Assembly (NCBI RefSeq): GCF_055900595.2
Contig: NZ_CM148325.1
Length of the DNA: 64,000 nt
Direction: 5' to 3' (one strand)
Position numbers and translations under genes: made by a program. The notes below the pieces were generated by a model, which saw nothing but the letters and a program-made list of their open reading frames with translations, was not told where the DNA came from and made no database searches. Position 1 is the stretch's first letter. Each line of letters starts with the position of its first letter. This document shows positions 15,301 through 28,170 of this stretch, one piece after another.

Positions 15301-15600
15301 ATGGCGCTTACAAAAGCTGAAATGTCAGAATATCTGTTTGATAAGCTTGGGCTTAGCAAGCGGGATGCCAAAGAACTGGTTGAACTGTTTTTCGAAGAGA
15401 TCCGTCGAGCTCTGGAAAACGGCGAACAGGTGAAACTCTCTGGTTTTGGTAACTTCGATCTGCGTGATAAGAATCAACGCCCGGGACGTAACCCGAAAAC
15501 GGGCGAGGATATTCCCATTACAGCACGGCGCGTGGTGACCTTCAGACCCGGGCAGAAGTTAAAAAGCCGGGTCGAAAACGCTTCGCCCAAAGACGAGTAA
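15301..15600 (+). CDS. ihfA: Integration host factor alpha subunit
   Basis: 99 aa [55 protein letters not shown]. Confidence 0.96.
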
Positions 15601-15613
15601 TCTGATCTAACTA

Positions 15614-15638
15614 AAAAGGCCGCTCTGCGGCCTTTTTT
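15614..15638 (+). terminator. Rho-independent terminator after ihfA
   Basis: AAAAGGCCGC-TCT-GCGGCCTTTTTT. Confidence 0.8.
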
Positions 15639-15700
15639 CTTTTCACTGTCGAAGAGTCACCGTAAAATCAACGCTATGACACTTCAGCAGAACGGATACC

Positions 15701-16681
15701 ATGCTGACACTTGCCCGCCAACAACAGCGACAAAATATTCGCTGGTTATTATGCCTGTCAGTTTTGATGCTGCTGGCGCTTCTCTTAAGCCTTTGCGCCG
15801 GTGAACAATGGATTTCGCCAGGTGACTGGTTTACTCCTCGTGGCGAACTGTTCGTCTGGCAAATTCGCCTGCCACGTACGCTGGCTGTATTGCTGGTTGG
15901 TGCGGCGCTGGCTATATCCGGCGCTGTAATGCAGGCATTGTTTGAAAATCCTCTGGCAGAACCTGGACTACTTGGCGTCTCTAACGGCGCAGGCGTAGGG
16001 CTTATCGCCGCGGTATTGCTTGGGCAAGGGCAACTCCCAAACTGGGCACTAGGGCTGTGTGCGATTGCTGGCGCGCTTATCATCACTTTAATACTCTTAC
16101 GTTTTGCCCGTCGTCATCTTTCGACCAGTCGGTTATTGCTGGCTGGTGTTGCATTAGGGATTATCTGTAGCGCACTAATGACGTGGGCTATCTATTTTTC
16201 CACCTCTGTTGATTTACGTCAGCTGATGTACTGGATGATGGGCGGTTTTGGCGGCGTAGACTGGCGGCAAAGTTGGCTGATGCTGGCATTGATCCCCGTG
16301 TTGTTGTGGATCTGTTGTCAGTCCAGACCGATGAATATGTTAGCACTTGGCGAGATCTCGGCGCGGCAACTGGGTTTACCCCTGTGGTTCTGGCGCAATG
16401 TGCTGGTGGCAGCGACCGGCTGGATGGTTGGCGTCAGTGTGGCGTTGGCGGGTGCTATCGGCTTTATTGGTCTGGTGATCCCACATATTCTCCGGTTATG
16501 TGGTTTGACCGATCATCGCGTATTACTTCCCGGCTGCGCGCTGGCAGGGGCGAGCGCATTGCTGCTGGCCGATGTTGTAGCGCGCCTGGCATTAGCTGCC
16601 GCAGAGCTGCCTATTGGCGTGGTCACCGCAACGTTGGGTGCGCCGGTGTTTATCTGGTTATTGTTAAAAGCAGGACGTTAG
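15701..16681 (+). CDS. btuC: Vitamin B12 ABC transporter permease
   Basis: 326 aa polytopic membrane ORF, recognised BtuC sequence. Confidence 0.95.
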   Translation: MLTLARQQQRQNIRWLLCLSVLMLLALLLSLCAGEQWISPGDWFTPRGELFVWQIRLPRTLAVLLVGAALAISGAVMQALFENPLAEPGLLGVSNGAGVGLIAAVLLGQGQLPNWALGLCAIAGALIITLILLRFARRHLSTSRLLLAGVALGIICSALMTWAIYFSTSVDLRQLMYWMMGGFGGVDWRQSWLMLALIPVLLWICCQSRPMNMLALGEISARQLGLPLWFWRNVLVAATGWMVGVSVALAGAIGFIGLVIPHILRLCGLTDHRVLLPGCALAGASALLLADVVARLALAAAELPIGVVTATLGAPVFIWLLLKAGR

Positions 16682-16741
16682 CCGCAAAAAGACGGTCTAT
16701 GATTAAAAGCTAAGATTTTTACTGACCACCCAGGAGAAACG

Positions 16742-17293
16742 ATGCAAGATTCCATTCTGACGACCGTAGTGAAAGATATCGACGGTGAAGTGACCACGCT
16801 GGAGAAGTACGCCGGTAATGTGCTGTTGATTGTCAATGTCGCCTCAAAGTGTGGCTTAACGCCGCAATATGAGCAGTTGGAGAATATTCAGAAAGCCTGG
16901 GCCGATCGTGGTTTTGTGGTGTTGGGATTCCCGTGCAACCAGTTTCTGGAGCAAGAACCGGGCAGCGATGAAGAGATTAAAACTTACTGCACCACTACCT
17001 GGGGGGTGACGTTCCCGATGTTCAGTAAGATTGAGGTTAATGGCGAAGGACGCCATCCGCTGTATCAAAAATTGATTGCCGCAGCGCCGACGGCAGTCGC
17101 GCCGGAAGAGAGCGGATTCTATGCCCGTATGGTCAGCAAAGGTCGTGCACCGCTGTACCCTGATGATATTTTATGGAATTTTGAGAAATTTTTAGTTGGC
17201 AGGGACGGATTGGTCATCCAGCGTTTTTCCCCGGATATGACGCCGGAAGATCCCATTGTGATGGAAAGCATTAAACTGGCGTTGGCGAAATAA
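16742..17293 (+). CDS. btuE: Glutathione peroxidase-family thioredoxin/glutathione peroxidase
   Basis: 183 aa ORF with CGLTPQY motif typical of GPx family. Confidence 0.93.
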
Positions 17294-18042
17294 TGTCTAT
17301 TGTGATGCAGCTACAGGATGTTGCGGAATCAACCCGCCTTGGGCCGCTTTCTGGCGAGGTTCGGGCTGGGGAGATCCTACATCTGGTGGGGCCGAATGGC
17401 GCGGGTAAGAGTACCTTACTGGCGCGAATGGCCGGAATGACCAGCGGTAAGGGAAGCATTCAGTTCGCGGGGCAACCACTGGAAGCATGGTCCGCAACAA
17501 AACTCGCGCTGCATCGCGCCTATCTTTCACAACAACAGACGCCACCGTTTGCAATGCCGGTCTGGCACTACCTGACACTGCATCAGCACGATAAAACGCG
17601 TACCGAACTACTGAATGATGTCGCAGGGGCGCTGGCTCTTGATGACAAACTCGGACGTAGCACCAATCAACTTTCCGGCGGCGAATGGCAACGCGTACGT
17701 CTTGCTGCGGTGGTGCTGCAAATCACACCACAAGCCAATCCCGCAGGCCAATTACTACTTCTTGATGAGCCTATGAACAGTCTTGATGTTGCGCAACAAA
17801 GTGCGTTAGACAAAATTCTGAGCGCGCTGTGTCAGCAAGGACTGGCGATTGTGATGAGCAGTCACGATCTCAACCACACCTTGCGTCATGCGCATCGGGC
17901 GTGGTTGCTAAAAGGTGGAAAAATGCTGGCCAGTGGACGCAGAGAAGAGGTGCTCACGCCGCCAAATCTGGCGCAGGCCTATGGGATGAATTTTCGCCGT
18001 CTGGATATCGAAGGTCACAGAATGCTGATTTCGACCATCTGA
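17293..18042 (+). CDS. btuD: Vitamin B12 ABC transporter ATPase
   Basis: 249 aa ORF with Walker [10 protein letters not shown] and LSGGEWQR signature; overlaps btuE stop by 1 nt. Confidence 0.95.
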
Positions 18043-18119
18043 TTTCATTAGTATCTTGAAAATCGGGTAATTACGACGCTAAATTAATGCAAGAATAAAA
18101 AACAGAGGAACCGTACGGA

Positions 18120-18584
18120 ATGCGTTTCTGCCTTATTTTGATCACAGCACTGTTTCTGGCCGGGTGTAGCCACCATAAAGCACCGCCGCCAAATGCCAGA
18201 CTTTCTGATTCGATTACCGTTATTGCCGGTTTGAACGACCAGCTACAGAGCTGGCATGGTACGCCGTATCGTTATGGTGGCATGACGCGGCGCGGTGTGG
18301 ACTGTTCGGGGTTTGTGGTTGTGACGATGCGCGATCGTTTCGATTTGCAGCTGCCCCGTGAAACCAAACAACAAGCCTCTATCGGCACGCAAATTGATAA
18401 AGACGAGTTGCTGCCTGGTGACCTGGTCTTTTTCAAAACGGGCTCCGGACAAAATGGTTTGCATGTAGGTATTTACGATACCAACAACCAATTTATCCAC
18501 GCCTCTACCAGCAAGGGAGTGATGCGTTCCTCACTCGATAATGTCTATTGGCAGAAAAATTTCTGGCAGGCGAGACGAATCTAG
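18120..18584 (+). CDS. nlpC: NlpC/P60-family lipoprotein
   Basis: 154 aa ORF with lipobox LAGC near N-terminus. Confidence 0.9.
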   Translation: MRFCLILITALFLAGCSHHKAPPPNARLSDSITVIAGLNDQLQSWHGTPYRYGGMTRRGVDCSGFVVVTMRDRFDLQLPRETKQQASIGTQIDKDELLPGDLVFFKTGSGQNGLHVGIYDTNNQFIHASTSKGVMRSSLDNVYWQKNFWQARRI

Positions 18585-18830
18585 TATGTCGAAAAATGGA
18601 CGGCGATGATACATCTCCGTCCATTTACTCCTGAATACAGTAGTATTTTACAGACAAAAATACCGTATATGGATTATTCGTTTATAATCAGGATAATCTA
18701 ATAAAAGGACCCCTGAAAAAGTGGTTAACATGGAACAAATGAAAGTTACTCCTTCTGTAATTGTTATGTCTTATGGCCTCATCCCTTTTAGCCGGATACT
18801 GAAAAACATCCTTCGAGAGGGACGGTTACC

Positions 18831-19544
18831 ATGAAGATTTTTTTGGAGAATCTTTATCATTCTGATTGCTATTTCCTGCCGATAAGAGATAATCAGCAAG
18901 ACCTTGTCGGCGTTGAGTTAATTACCCATTTCTCCAGTGAAGATGGTACGGTTCGTATACCGACGAGTCGGGTTATAGCGCAACTTACCGAGGAGCAACA
19001 TTGGCAATTATTTTCTGAGCAGTTGGAATTGCTAAAATCATGCCAACACTTTTTTATTCAACATAAACTCTTTGCCTGTCTTAATTTAACCCCACAAGTG
19101 GCTACTTTATTATTAGACAGGGATAATTACGCGGGCGAACTATTAAAATATCCGTTTATTGAACTGTTGATTAATGAGAATTACCCGCATCTCGATGAAG
19201 GAAAAGATAATCGCGATCTTTTGTCCTTATCGCAAATGTATCCCCTTGTGTTAGGTAATTTGGGCGCAGGCAATAGCACAATGAAAGCGGTTTTTGATGG
19301 TCTTTTCACCCGCGTCATGCTGGATAAAAGTTTTATTCAGCAACAAATCACGCATCGCTCCTTCGAACCGTTTATTCGTGCGATCCAGGCGCAAATTTCC
19401 CCATGTTGCAATTGCATCATCGCGGGGGGCATTGATACGCCAGAAATAATGGCACAGATTATCCCCTTTGATTTCCATGCTCTCCAGGGATGCCTGTGGC
19501 CTGCCGTTCCTGTAAATCAGATAACGACGTTGGTTCAGCGATAA
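18831..19544 (+). CDS. ydiV: Degenerate EAL-like protein YdiV/RflP (anti-FlhD4C2 factor)
   Basis: 237 aa ORF; ELI in place of EAL motif (VGVELITHF). Confidence 0.9.
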   Translation: MKIFLENLYHSDCYFLPIRDNQQDLVGVELITHFSSEDGTVRIPTSRVIAQLTEEQHWQLFSEQLELLKSCQHFFIQHKLFACLNLTPQVATLLLDRDNYAGELLKYPFIELLINENYPHLDEGKDNRDLLSLSQMYPLVLGNLGAGNSTMKAVFDGLFTRVMLDKSFIQQQITHRSFEPFIRAIQAQISPCCNCIIAGGIDTPEIMAQIIPFDFHALQGCLWPAVPVNQITTLVQR

Positions 19545-19567
19545 CCCTCCTGTTTGCTGGTGTTTAA

Positions 19568-21043
<1,476 letters not shown>

Positions 21044-21046
21044 AGG

Positions 21047-21238
21047 CTACTTGGTCAACAGCAGCTTGCCAGCCTGAGTTTTACGAAGCAGATATTCTTG
21101 CCCGTCATGATCGATAATCAGTTTGCCATCCGGACCTAACAGTGTCTGGCTGGTAATTCGCCGAATGGGCTGCGGGGAGGCGGTCTTGTGATTGGCATCC
21201 GTTTCAGGCGTGAGTTTTCTGCTATCCGTATAACGCAT
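21047..21238 (-). CDS. ydiE: HemP-family small protein YdiE (63 aa)
   Basis: ATG at 21236-21238 (minus) gives [28 protein letters not shown]; Fur-box-like sequence just upstream. Confidence 0.8.
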   Translation of the reverse strand: MRYTDSRKLTPETDANHKTASPQPIRRITSQTLLGPDGKLIIDHDGQEYLLRKTQAGKLLLTK

Positions 21239-21249
21239 AAAAATTAATA

Positions 21250-21284
21250 ATAATTGATATAACAATGATTCTTATTATCAATAT
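21250..21284 (-). promoter_or_regulatory. Putative Fur box in ydiE promoter
   Basis: Minus-strand read TGATAATAAGAATCATTGTTATATCAATTATTA resembles Fur consensus GATAATGATAATCATTATC. Confidence 0.55.
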
Positions 21285-21369
21285 TCTGGCGGACCAGAGC
21301 AAGCAGTAATTTGTTGAGAAGACAACAAGTTGCGCAGAAATGCCCATTCCGTCAGGAATGGGCACGCAT

Positions 21370-22416
21370 TCAGAAGCGGGTATCAACCGCAGAGGCGAGT
21401 TTTTCGACCAGGCGTTCGGTATCTTCCCAGCCCAGACACGGGTCGGTAATCGATTGACCGTAAGTGAGCGGCTGACCGCCGACGATTTTTTGCGTTCCTT
21501 CGCGCAGGAAACTTTCCGCCATAATTCCAGCAATCGCCGTAGAGCCATTGCGGATTTGCTGACAAATATCCTCACAAACTTCTAACTGGCGACGGTGCTG
21601 CTTCTGGCAGTTACCGTGGCTGAAATCCACCACCAGATGTTCAGGTAAATCAAACTCGTGCAACGTATCGCAGGCAGCGGCGATATCATCCGCATGGTAA
21701 TTCGGCTTTTTGCCGCCACGCATAATAATGTGGCCATACGGATTGCCGCTGGTCTGATAGATGGTCATTTGACCGTTTTTGTCAGGCGAGAGGAACATAT
21801 GGCTGGCGCGGGCAGCGCGGATAGCATCCACGGCAATTCGCGTGTTGCCATCGGTACCATTTTTAAAACCTACCGGACAAGAGAGTGCCGAAGCCATTTC
21901 ACGGTGGATCTGGCTTTCGGTAGTACGTGCGCCAATCGCGCCCCAACTGATTAAATCAGCAATAAACTGACCGGTCACCATATCGAGGAACTCAGTCGCG
22001 GTAGGGACGCCCAGCTCATTGACCTGTAAAAGTAATTTGCGCGCCAGCTCCAGACCGTGATTTACCCGGTAGCTGCCGTTTAAATCCGGATCGGAGATTA
22101 GCCCTTTCCAGCCGACAACAGTTCGTGGTTTTTCAAAATAGGTGCGCATTACGATTTCCAGCCGTGACTGGTACTGGTTGCGCAGCGACTGCAGACGGGT
22201 GGCGTACTCCATTGCAGCGGTGAGATCGTGGATCGAGCAGGGGCCAATAATGACCAACAGTCGCTTATCTTCACCATTCAGTATTTTTTCAATTCTGCGG
22301 CGGGAGTCGGTGACATGGGTGGCGACGCCAGGCGTTACGGGATACCGTAGCGCGAGTTCGGCGGGCGTTACCAGGCTCTCAATACGCGCAGTACGGAGTT
22401 CGTCAGTTCTGTTCAT
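21370..22416 (-). CDS. aroH: DAHP synthase, Trp-sensitive isozyme
   Basis: 348 aa ORF, recognised AroH sequence. Confidence 0.95.
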   Translation of the reverse strand: MNRTDELRTARIESLVTPAELALRYPVTPGVATHVTDSRRRIEKILNGEDKRLLVIIGPCSIHDLTAAMEYATRLQSLRNQYQSRLEIVMRTYFEKPRTVVGWKGLISDPDLNGSYRVNHGLELARKLLLQVNELGVPTATEFLDMVTGQFIADLISWGAIGARTTESQIHREMASALSCPVGFKNGTDGNTRIAVDAIRAARASHMFLSPDKNGQMTIYQTSGNPYGHIIMRGGKKPNYHADDIAAACDTLHEFDLPEHLVVDFSHGNCQKQHRRQLEVCEDICQQIRNGSTAIAGIMAESFLREGTQKIVGGQPLTYGQSITDPCLGWEDTERLVEKLASAVDTRF

Positions 22417-22560
22417 TACAAGTCTCAGAAATTTGTTGCTTCTACGGCAGGACTACCGGGAAGTGATGCGCATCACGATAAACCAATCGCAGCTGATTTC
22501 AAGTGCGAGGTGTGTCACACCTCGCCGGGTGGTTAGCATGATAACAAAAAAACAAGCTAA

Positions 22561-22580
22561 TGCACTAGTTCTCTAGTACA
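22561..22580 (-). promoter_or_regulatory. Putative TrpR operator of aroH
   Basis: Minus-strand read TGTACTAGAGAACTAGTGCA with two CTAG cores; overlaps ppsR stop codon. Confidence 0.6.
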
Positions 22581-23406
22581 TTCGACGACTAAGGCCCATG
22601 ATATCAAGGATCTTGGTGGCAATCTCTTCTACCGAATAATTGGTACTGTTAATCCACGGGATCTGATTTTTACGGTACAACGCTTCCACTTCCGCGACTT
22701 CCATCCTGCACTGACGAAGCGAGGCATAGCGACTGTTCTCCCGACGTTCCTCGCGAATCGCCGCCAGACGTTCCGGGTCGATAGTCAGGCCGAACAATTT
22801 ATGCTGAAGCGGTTTGAGCGACGCGGGTAGCACCAGATTATCCATATCGTCGGCAATAAAGGGGTAGTTTGCCGCGCGGATACCAAACTGCATTGCCAGA
22901 TACAAACTGGTGGGGGTTTTACCACAGCGAGAAACGCCGAGCAGGATCACCTGTGCCTGGTCCAGATTGCGTAATGAAATGCCGTCATCATGGGCGAGGG
23001 TGTAATCAATCGCCGCAATACGTGCATCATATTTATTGAGATTATTAGGGTTAAGGCCGTGGGTACGATGAGCAATCGGCGTTGGGTCCAGTTTCATCTC
23101 TTGTTGTAGCGGGGCAACCAGCGCCTGAACGATATCCTGGCAAAAGCCTTCACTTTGCAAGATGATGGCGCGAATCTCCGGCAACACGATGGAGTAGAAT
23201 ACCAGTGGGCGCACACCTGTCTGGTGATAAATTGCGTCAATCTGATCCTTCACTGCCCGTGCACGGCTCTCATTTTCGACAAACGGCAGCGTAATGCTGC
23301 TGATAGTGACGGGAAATTGTGACATTACTGCGTGTCCTAATACCTCCGCAGTTATTGCCGTACCATCAGAAATATAAAAAACGTGGCGATCAACAGCATT
23401 ATCCAT
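22573..23406 (-). CDS. ppsR: PEP synthetase regulatory protein (bifunctional kinase/pyrophosphorylase)
   Basis: 277 aa ORF with P-loop GVSRCGKT; divergent from ppsA. Confidence 0.94.
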
Positions 23407-23738
23407 TTTGTTCTTCCCGTAATGCAGACATAATTCTATGAAAGCATAAATTAAAAACGCACAGAAGCGTAGAACGTTATGTCTGGTTTATAAAATGAAC
23501 CTTCAATTTTATTTTTTATGAAAACAGCATTTCATTTTTACGGTTTCGTTTATACCGATGGTTTATGTGGAAATTGTCGAAGAGAGCAGATTTGCGCAAC
23601 GCTGGGATCAGTCTTAAAAAGTAAAAAAATATATTTGCTTGAACGATTCACCGTTTTTTTCATCCGGTTAAATATGCAAAGATAAATGCGCAGAAATGTG
23701 TTTCTCAAACCGTTCATTTATCACAAAAGGATTGTTCG

Positions 23739-26117
23739 ATGTCCAACAATGGCTCGTCACCGCTGGTGCTTTGGTATAACCAACTCGGCATGAATGATGT
23801 AGACAGGGTTGGGGGCAAAAATGCCTCCCTGGGTGAAATGATTACTAACCTTTCCGGAATGGGTGTTTCCGTTCCGAATGGTTTCGCCACAACCGCCGAC
23901 GCGTTTAACCAGTTTCTGGACCAAAGCGGCGTAAACCAGCGCATTTATGAACTGCTGGATAAAACGGATATTGACGATGTTACCCAGCTTGCGAAAGCGG
24001 GCGCGCAAATCCGCCAGTGGATTATCGACACTCCCTTCCAGCCTGAGCTGGAAAACGCCATCCGCGAAGCCTATGCGCAGCTTTCCGCCGATGACGAAAA
24101 CGCCTCTTTTGCGGTGCGTTCCTCCGCTACTGCAGAAGATATGCCGGACGCTTCCTTTGCCGGTCAGCAGGAAACTTTCCTCAACGTTCAGGGTTTTGAC
24201 GCCGTTCTCGTGGCAGTGAAACATGTATTTGCTTCTCTGTTTAACGATCGCGCCATCTCTTATCGTGTGCACCAGGGTTACGATCACCGTGGCGTGGCGC
24301 TCTCCGCCGGTGTTCAGCGGATGGTGCGCTCCGACCTCGCATCTTCTGGCGTGATGTTCTCCATTGATACCGAATCCGGCTTTGACCAGGTGGTGTTTAT
24401 CACTTCCGCATGGGGCCTTGGTGAAATGGTCGTGCAGGGTGCGGTTAACCCGGATGAGTTTTACGTGCACAAACCGACACTGGCGGCGAATCGCCCGGCT
24501 ATCGTGCGCCGCACCATGGGGTCAAAAAAAATCCGCATGGTTTACGCGCCGACCCAGGAGCACGGCAAGCAGGTTAAAATCGAAGACGTACCGCAGGAAC
24601 AGCGTGACATCTTCTCGCTGACCAACGAAGAAGTGCAGGAACTGGCAAAACAGGCCGTACAAATTGAGAAACACTACGGTCGCCCGATGGATATTGAGTG
24701 GGCGAAAGATGGCCACACCGGTAAATTGTTTATCGTGCAGGCGCGTCCAGAAACTGTGCGTTCTCGCGGTCAGGTCATGGAGCGTTATACGTTGCATTCA
24801 CAGGGTAAGATTATCGCCGAAGGCCGTGCTATCGGTCATCGCATCGGCGCGGGTCCGGTGAAAGTCATCCATGACATCAGCGAAATGAACCGCATCGAAC
24901 CTGGCGACGTGCTGGTTACTGACATGACCGACCCGGATTGGGAACCGATCATGAAGAAAGCATCGGCTATCGTCACTAACCGTGGCGGACGTACCTGTCA
25001 CGCGGCGATCATCGCTCGTGAACTGGGCATTCCAGCGGTAGTGGGCTGTGGTGATGCAACAGAACGGATGAAAGACGGTGAGAACGTCACTGTTTCTTGT
25101 GCAGAGGGTGATACCGGTTACGTCTATGCTGAGTTGCTGGAATTTAGCGTGAAAAGCTCCAGCGTGGAAACGATGCCGGATCTGCCGTTGAAAGTGATGA
25201 TGAACGTCGGTAACCCGGACCGTGCTTTCGATTTCGCCTGCCTGCCGAACGAAGGCGTGGGCCTTGCGCGTCTGGAATTTATCATCAACCGTATGATTGG
25301 CGTCCACCCACGCGCACTGCTTGAGTTTGACGATCAGGAACCGCAGTTGCAAAACGAAATCCGCGAGATGATGAAAGGTTTTGATTCTCCGCGTGAGTTT
25401 TACGTTGGTCGTCTGACTGAAGGGATCGCGACGTTGGGTGCTGCGTTTTATCCGAAGCGTGTCATTGTCCGTCTCTCTGATTTTAAATCGAACGAATACG
25501 CCAACCTGGTCGGTGGTGAACGTTACGAGCCAGATGAAGAGAACCCAATGCTCGGCTTCCGTGGCGCGGGACGTTATGTTTCCGACAGCTTCCGCGACTG
25601 CTTCGCACTGGAGTGTGAAGCGGTGAAACGTGTGCGCAACGACATGGGACTGACCAACGTTGAGATCATGATCCCGTTCGTGCGTACCGTAGATCAGGCG
25701 AAAGCGGTGGTTGAAGAACTGGCGCGCCAGGGGCTGAAACGTGGTGAAAACGGGCTGAAGATCATCATGATGTGTGAAATTCCGTCCAACGCCTTACTGG
25801 CAGAGCAGTTCCTCGAATATTTCGACGGCTTCTCAATTGGCTCAAACGATATGACGCAGCTTGCGCTTGGTCTGGACCGAGACTCTGGCGTGGTGTCTGA
25901 ACTGTTCGATGAGCGCAACGATGCAGTGAAAGCACTGCTGTCGATGGCGATTCGTGCCGCGAAGAAGCAGGGCAAATATGTCGGGATTTGCGGTCAGGGT
26001 CCGTCCGACCATGAAGACTTTGCCGCCTGGCTGATGGAAGAGGGGATCGATAGCTTGTCCCTGAATCCGGACACTGTGGTACAAACCTGGTTAAGCCTGG
26101 CTGAACTGAAGAAATAA
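23739..26117 (+). CDS. ppsA: Phosphoenolpyruvate synthase
   Basis: 792 aa ORF, recognised PpsA sequence. Confidence 0.97.
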   Translation: MSNNGSSPLVLWYNQLGMNDVDRVGGKNASLGEMITNLSGMGVSVPNGFATTADAFNQFLDQSGVNQRIYELLDKTDIDDVTQLAKAGAQIRQWIIDTPFQPELENAIREAYAQLSADDENASFAVRSSATAEDMPDASFAGQQETFLNVQGFDAVLVAVKHVFASLFNDRAISYRVHQGYDHRGVALSAGVQRMVRSDLASSGVMFSIDTESGFDQVVFITSAWGLGEMVVQGAVNPDEFYVHKPTLAANRPAIVRRTMGSKKIRMVYAPTQEHGKQVKIEDVPQEQRDIFSLTNEEVQELAKQAVQIEKHYGRPMDIEWAKDGHTGKLFIVQARPETVRSRGQVMERYTLHSQGKIIAEGRAIGHRIGAGPVKVIHDISEMNRIEPGDVLVTDMTDPDWEPIMKKASAIVTNRGGRTCHAAIIARELGIPAVVGCGDATERMKDGENVTVSCAEGDTGYVYAELLEFSVKSSSVETMPDLPLKVMMNVGNPDRAFDFACLPNEGVGLARLEFIINRMIGVHPRALLEFDDQEPQLQNEIREMMKGFDSPREFYVGRLTEGIATLGAAFYPKRVIVRLSDFKSNEYANLVGGERYEPDEENPMLGFRGAGRYVSDSFRDCFALECEAVKRVRNDMGLTNVEIMIPFVRTVDQAKAVVEELARQGLKRGENGLKIIMMCEIPSNALLAEQFLEYFDGFSIGSNDMTQLALGLDRDSGVVSELFDERNDAVKALLSMAIRAAKKQGKYVGICGQGPSDHEDFAAWLMEEGIDSLSLNPDTVVQTWLSLAELKK

Positions 26118-26124
26118 AATAAAT

Positions 26125-26151
26125 CCCCGGCGGCGTTTTGTCGCCGGGTTT
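26125..26151. terminator. Hairpin between convergent ppsA and fadK
   Basis: CCCGGCG-GCGTTTTGT-CGCCGGG followed by TTT; U-run weak. Confidence 0.4.
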
Positions 26152-26173
26152 ACGTGATCCCCGAGTATGAAAC

Positions 26174-27820
26174 TTATTCAACCTCTTTGCAGATATCCTG
26201 AGTTAATCGCCGCATAATATCTTTCCTTAACAAAAACTTTTGTATTTTACCTGATGCAGTACGCGGTAATTTCTCTGTTACCACAATATGTTCAGGATAT
26301 TTATATTTTGCTACCCGTTTACGGCTAAAAAAAGCCACTATGTCTTCCAGCGATATTGAATGATGTGGCGCTTTAAGCACGACATAAGCGCATGAACGTT
26401 CACCTAAGCGTTCATCGGGCATTGCCACAACACAAGCATCATGAATTTTAGGATGCTGTAATAAAATATCTTCCACTTCACGACTGCTAATATTTTCCCC
26501 GCCGCGGACAATAATATCTTTCTTGCGCCCGGTTATTTTTATATAGCCAGCTTCATCCATTCGGCAGAGATCGCCGCTGTAATACCAGCCTTCTTCATCC
26601 AGCGCACGGGCGGTTAATTCAGGTTCATCAAAATAACCCATAAACACATTGGGACCACGCGAAGCCTCTTCACCTACACAACCAGGCGGTAAGGTCTTGC
26701 GTGCATCATCGACCACTTTAATCTCTACGCCTGCGGCAGCGTAACCATCGGTGTTCATAAAGCGCGACAAAGGATCGTCGAGATTTACCACCGCATGCGG
26801 CGAACTTTCTGTGGAACCATAAACACTTAATAATTTAATGCCGCGTTGTTGGCATTCACGCGCCACCTTTTTGGGGATCGTGGTGCCGCCGCAAAGAAAG
26901 AAGCGCAGCGCTGAAAGGTCTGCGGGCTGTTTCTCCAGTAAATTCAAAAGGTCATAGACAAACGGTGTTGCGCCGAGCATACAGGTGCAACGCTGCTGCT
27001 CAAGCAGCGCGAGACACGCATCAGGAGTGAAAATATCTAACAACACGCTGCGAGCACCAATCAAAAAAGGTGCTGTTACGCCATGCAGAAAGCCCGTTGC
27101 GTGACCAAGTGGCGCAGGCATCATAAAGACATCCTGCCAGGTCAGATTCAGCCGCGCGCAATAAGCCCGCTCACTGGCGAGAATATTGTTATGCGTTAGC
27201 ATCACGCCCTTTGGCAGACCCTCGGTTCCGGAGGTAAATAGCACAGCGGCTAATTCATCGCCGTGGGTCGTTATCGCCGTAGTCAGTGGGGTATTGTCGG
27301 CGAGAATCTGACTTAATGAGAGGGAAGAGGTGGCGGGAGCCAGTTTGTCCACGCCGACAATTTGTTGTAGTTGTGGAAGCTGATTTTGCAGCGGCAGGAT
27401 TAAATCTACCGGACGCGTTTGTTTAAACAACGTCGGTGCAAAGAACATTTTTGCCTGACACTTATTGAGTACCCACACCAGTTCTGCTTCCCGCCAGGAA
27501 GGTAACAGCGGCACGGAAACCGCACCGGTTTTCAGGCAGGCAAGATAGATAACGGTAAATTCACACCAGCCTGGCAGTTGAAATGCGATGCGATCGCCTG
27601 ATTCAATACCCTTCGCCAGCATCCAGTTTGCCAGACAGCTCGCGGCATGATCGAGCGCGCTATAGGTGTACGATGCACCATGATTATCGACCACGGCAAT
27701 TTTATCTGGCATCGAACGAGCGGTCTGCTGCCAGTAATCGGCCAGCGAAGCATCGCCCCATAATCCTTGCTGACGATACGCCGCACGACGTTGTTCGTTG
27801 AACGTTAATGTCACTTTCAT
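26174..27820 (-). CDS. fadK: Short-chain acyl-CoA synthetase (548 aa)
   Basis: ATG at 27818-27820 (minus) gives MKVTLTFNEQRRAAYRQQ; AMP-binding motifs TSGTEGLPKG. Confidence 0.9.
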   Translation of the reverse strand: MKVTLTFNEQRRAAYRQQGLWGDASLADYWQQTARSMPDKIAVVDNHGASYTYSALDHAASCLANWMLAKGIESGDRIAFQLPGWCEFTVIYLACLKTGAVSVPLLPSWREAELVWVLNKCQAKMFFAPTLFKQTRPVDLILPLQNQLPQLQQIVGVDKLAPATSSLSLSQILADNTPLTTAITTHGDELAAVLFTSGTEGLPKGVMLTHNNILASERAYCARLNLTWQDVFMMPAPLGHATGFLHGVTAPFLIGARSVLLDIFTPDACLALLEQQRCTCMLGATPFVYDLLNLLEKQPADLSALRFFLCGGTTIPKKVARECQQRGIKLLSVYGSTESSPHAVVNLDDPLSRFMNTDGYAAAGVEIKVVDDARKTLPPGCVGEEASRGPNVFMGYFDEPELTARALDEEGWYYSGDLCRMDEAGYIKITGRKKDIIVRGGENISSREVEDILLQHPKIHDACVVAMPDERLGERSCAYVVLKAPHHSISLEDIVAFFSRKRVAKYKYPEHIVVTEKLPRTASGKIQKFLLRKDIMRRLTQDICKEVE

Positions 27821-27876
27821 TTTGGACTCTCGAAACAGAACATCAGGCCCGAGATGCGGGCCTGTGGGATGCATGA

Positions 27877-28170
27877 TTAGCCGTAGCGAAAATCAATACC
27901 GAAGGTGCCTGCGGGATATTGCCACTGTTCGAGAATAGTGTTGCCGCACAGCACCCGACAGGTGCCGCACTCCAGACAACCGGCGGAATCGAAATGAATG
28001 TTTCCAGCGTCATCCTGCTTATAAAGTCCGGCAGGGCAAGCTTTCATTAATTTACGGAATTCATTGATATCGGGATTTGCCGCCAAAATGATATGCGGGT
28101 GGCCCTCATCAACATGGAATTTATTGACGCCTAATTTGATGTCGACGTTAACCGTAGCGTTCTGGCTCAT
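27877..28170 (-). CDS. ydiT: Ferredoxin-like protein (FixX homologue)
   Basis: 97 aa ORF with Cys cluster CLECGTCRVLC. Confidence 0.88.
   Translation of the reverse strand: MSQNATVNVDIKLGVNKFHVDEGHPHIILAANPDINEFRKLMKACPAGLYKQDDAGNIHFDSAGCLECGTCRVLCGNTILEQWQYPAGTFGIDFRYG

Noticed and set aside
16273-16713. 146 aa alternative-frame ORF within btuC.
   Set aside because: Same-strand out-of-frame overlap with the complete btuC permease; Arg/Gly-rich translation typical of a frame-shifted membrane-protein gene.
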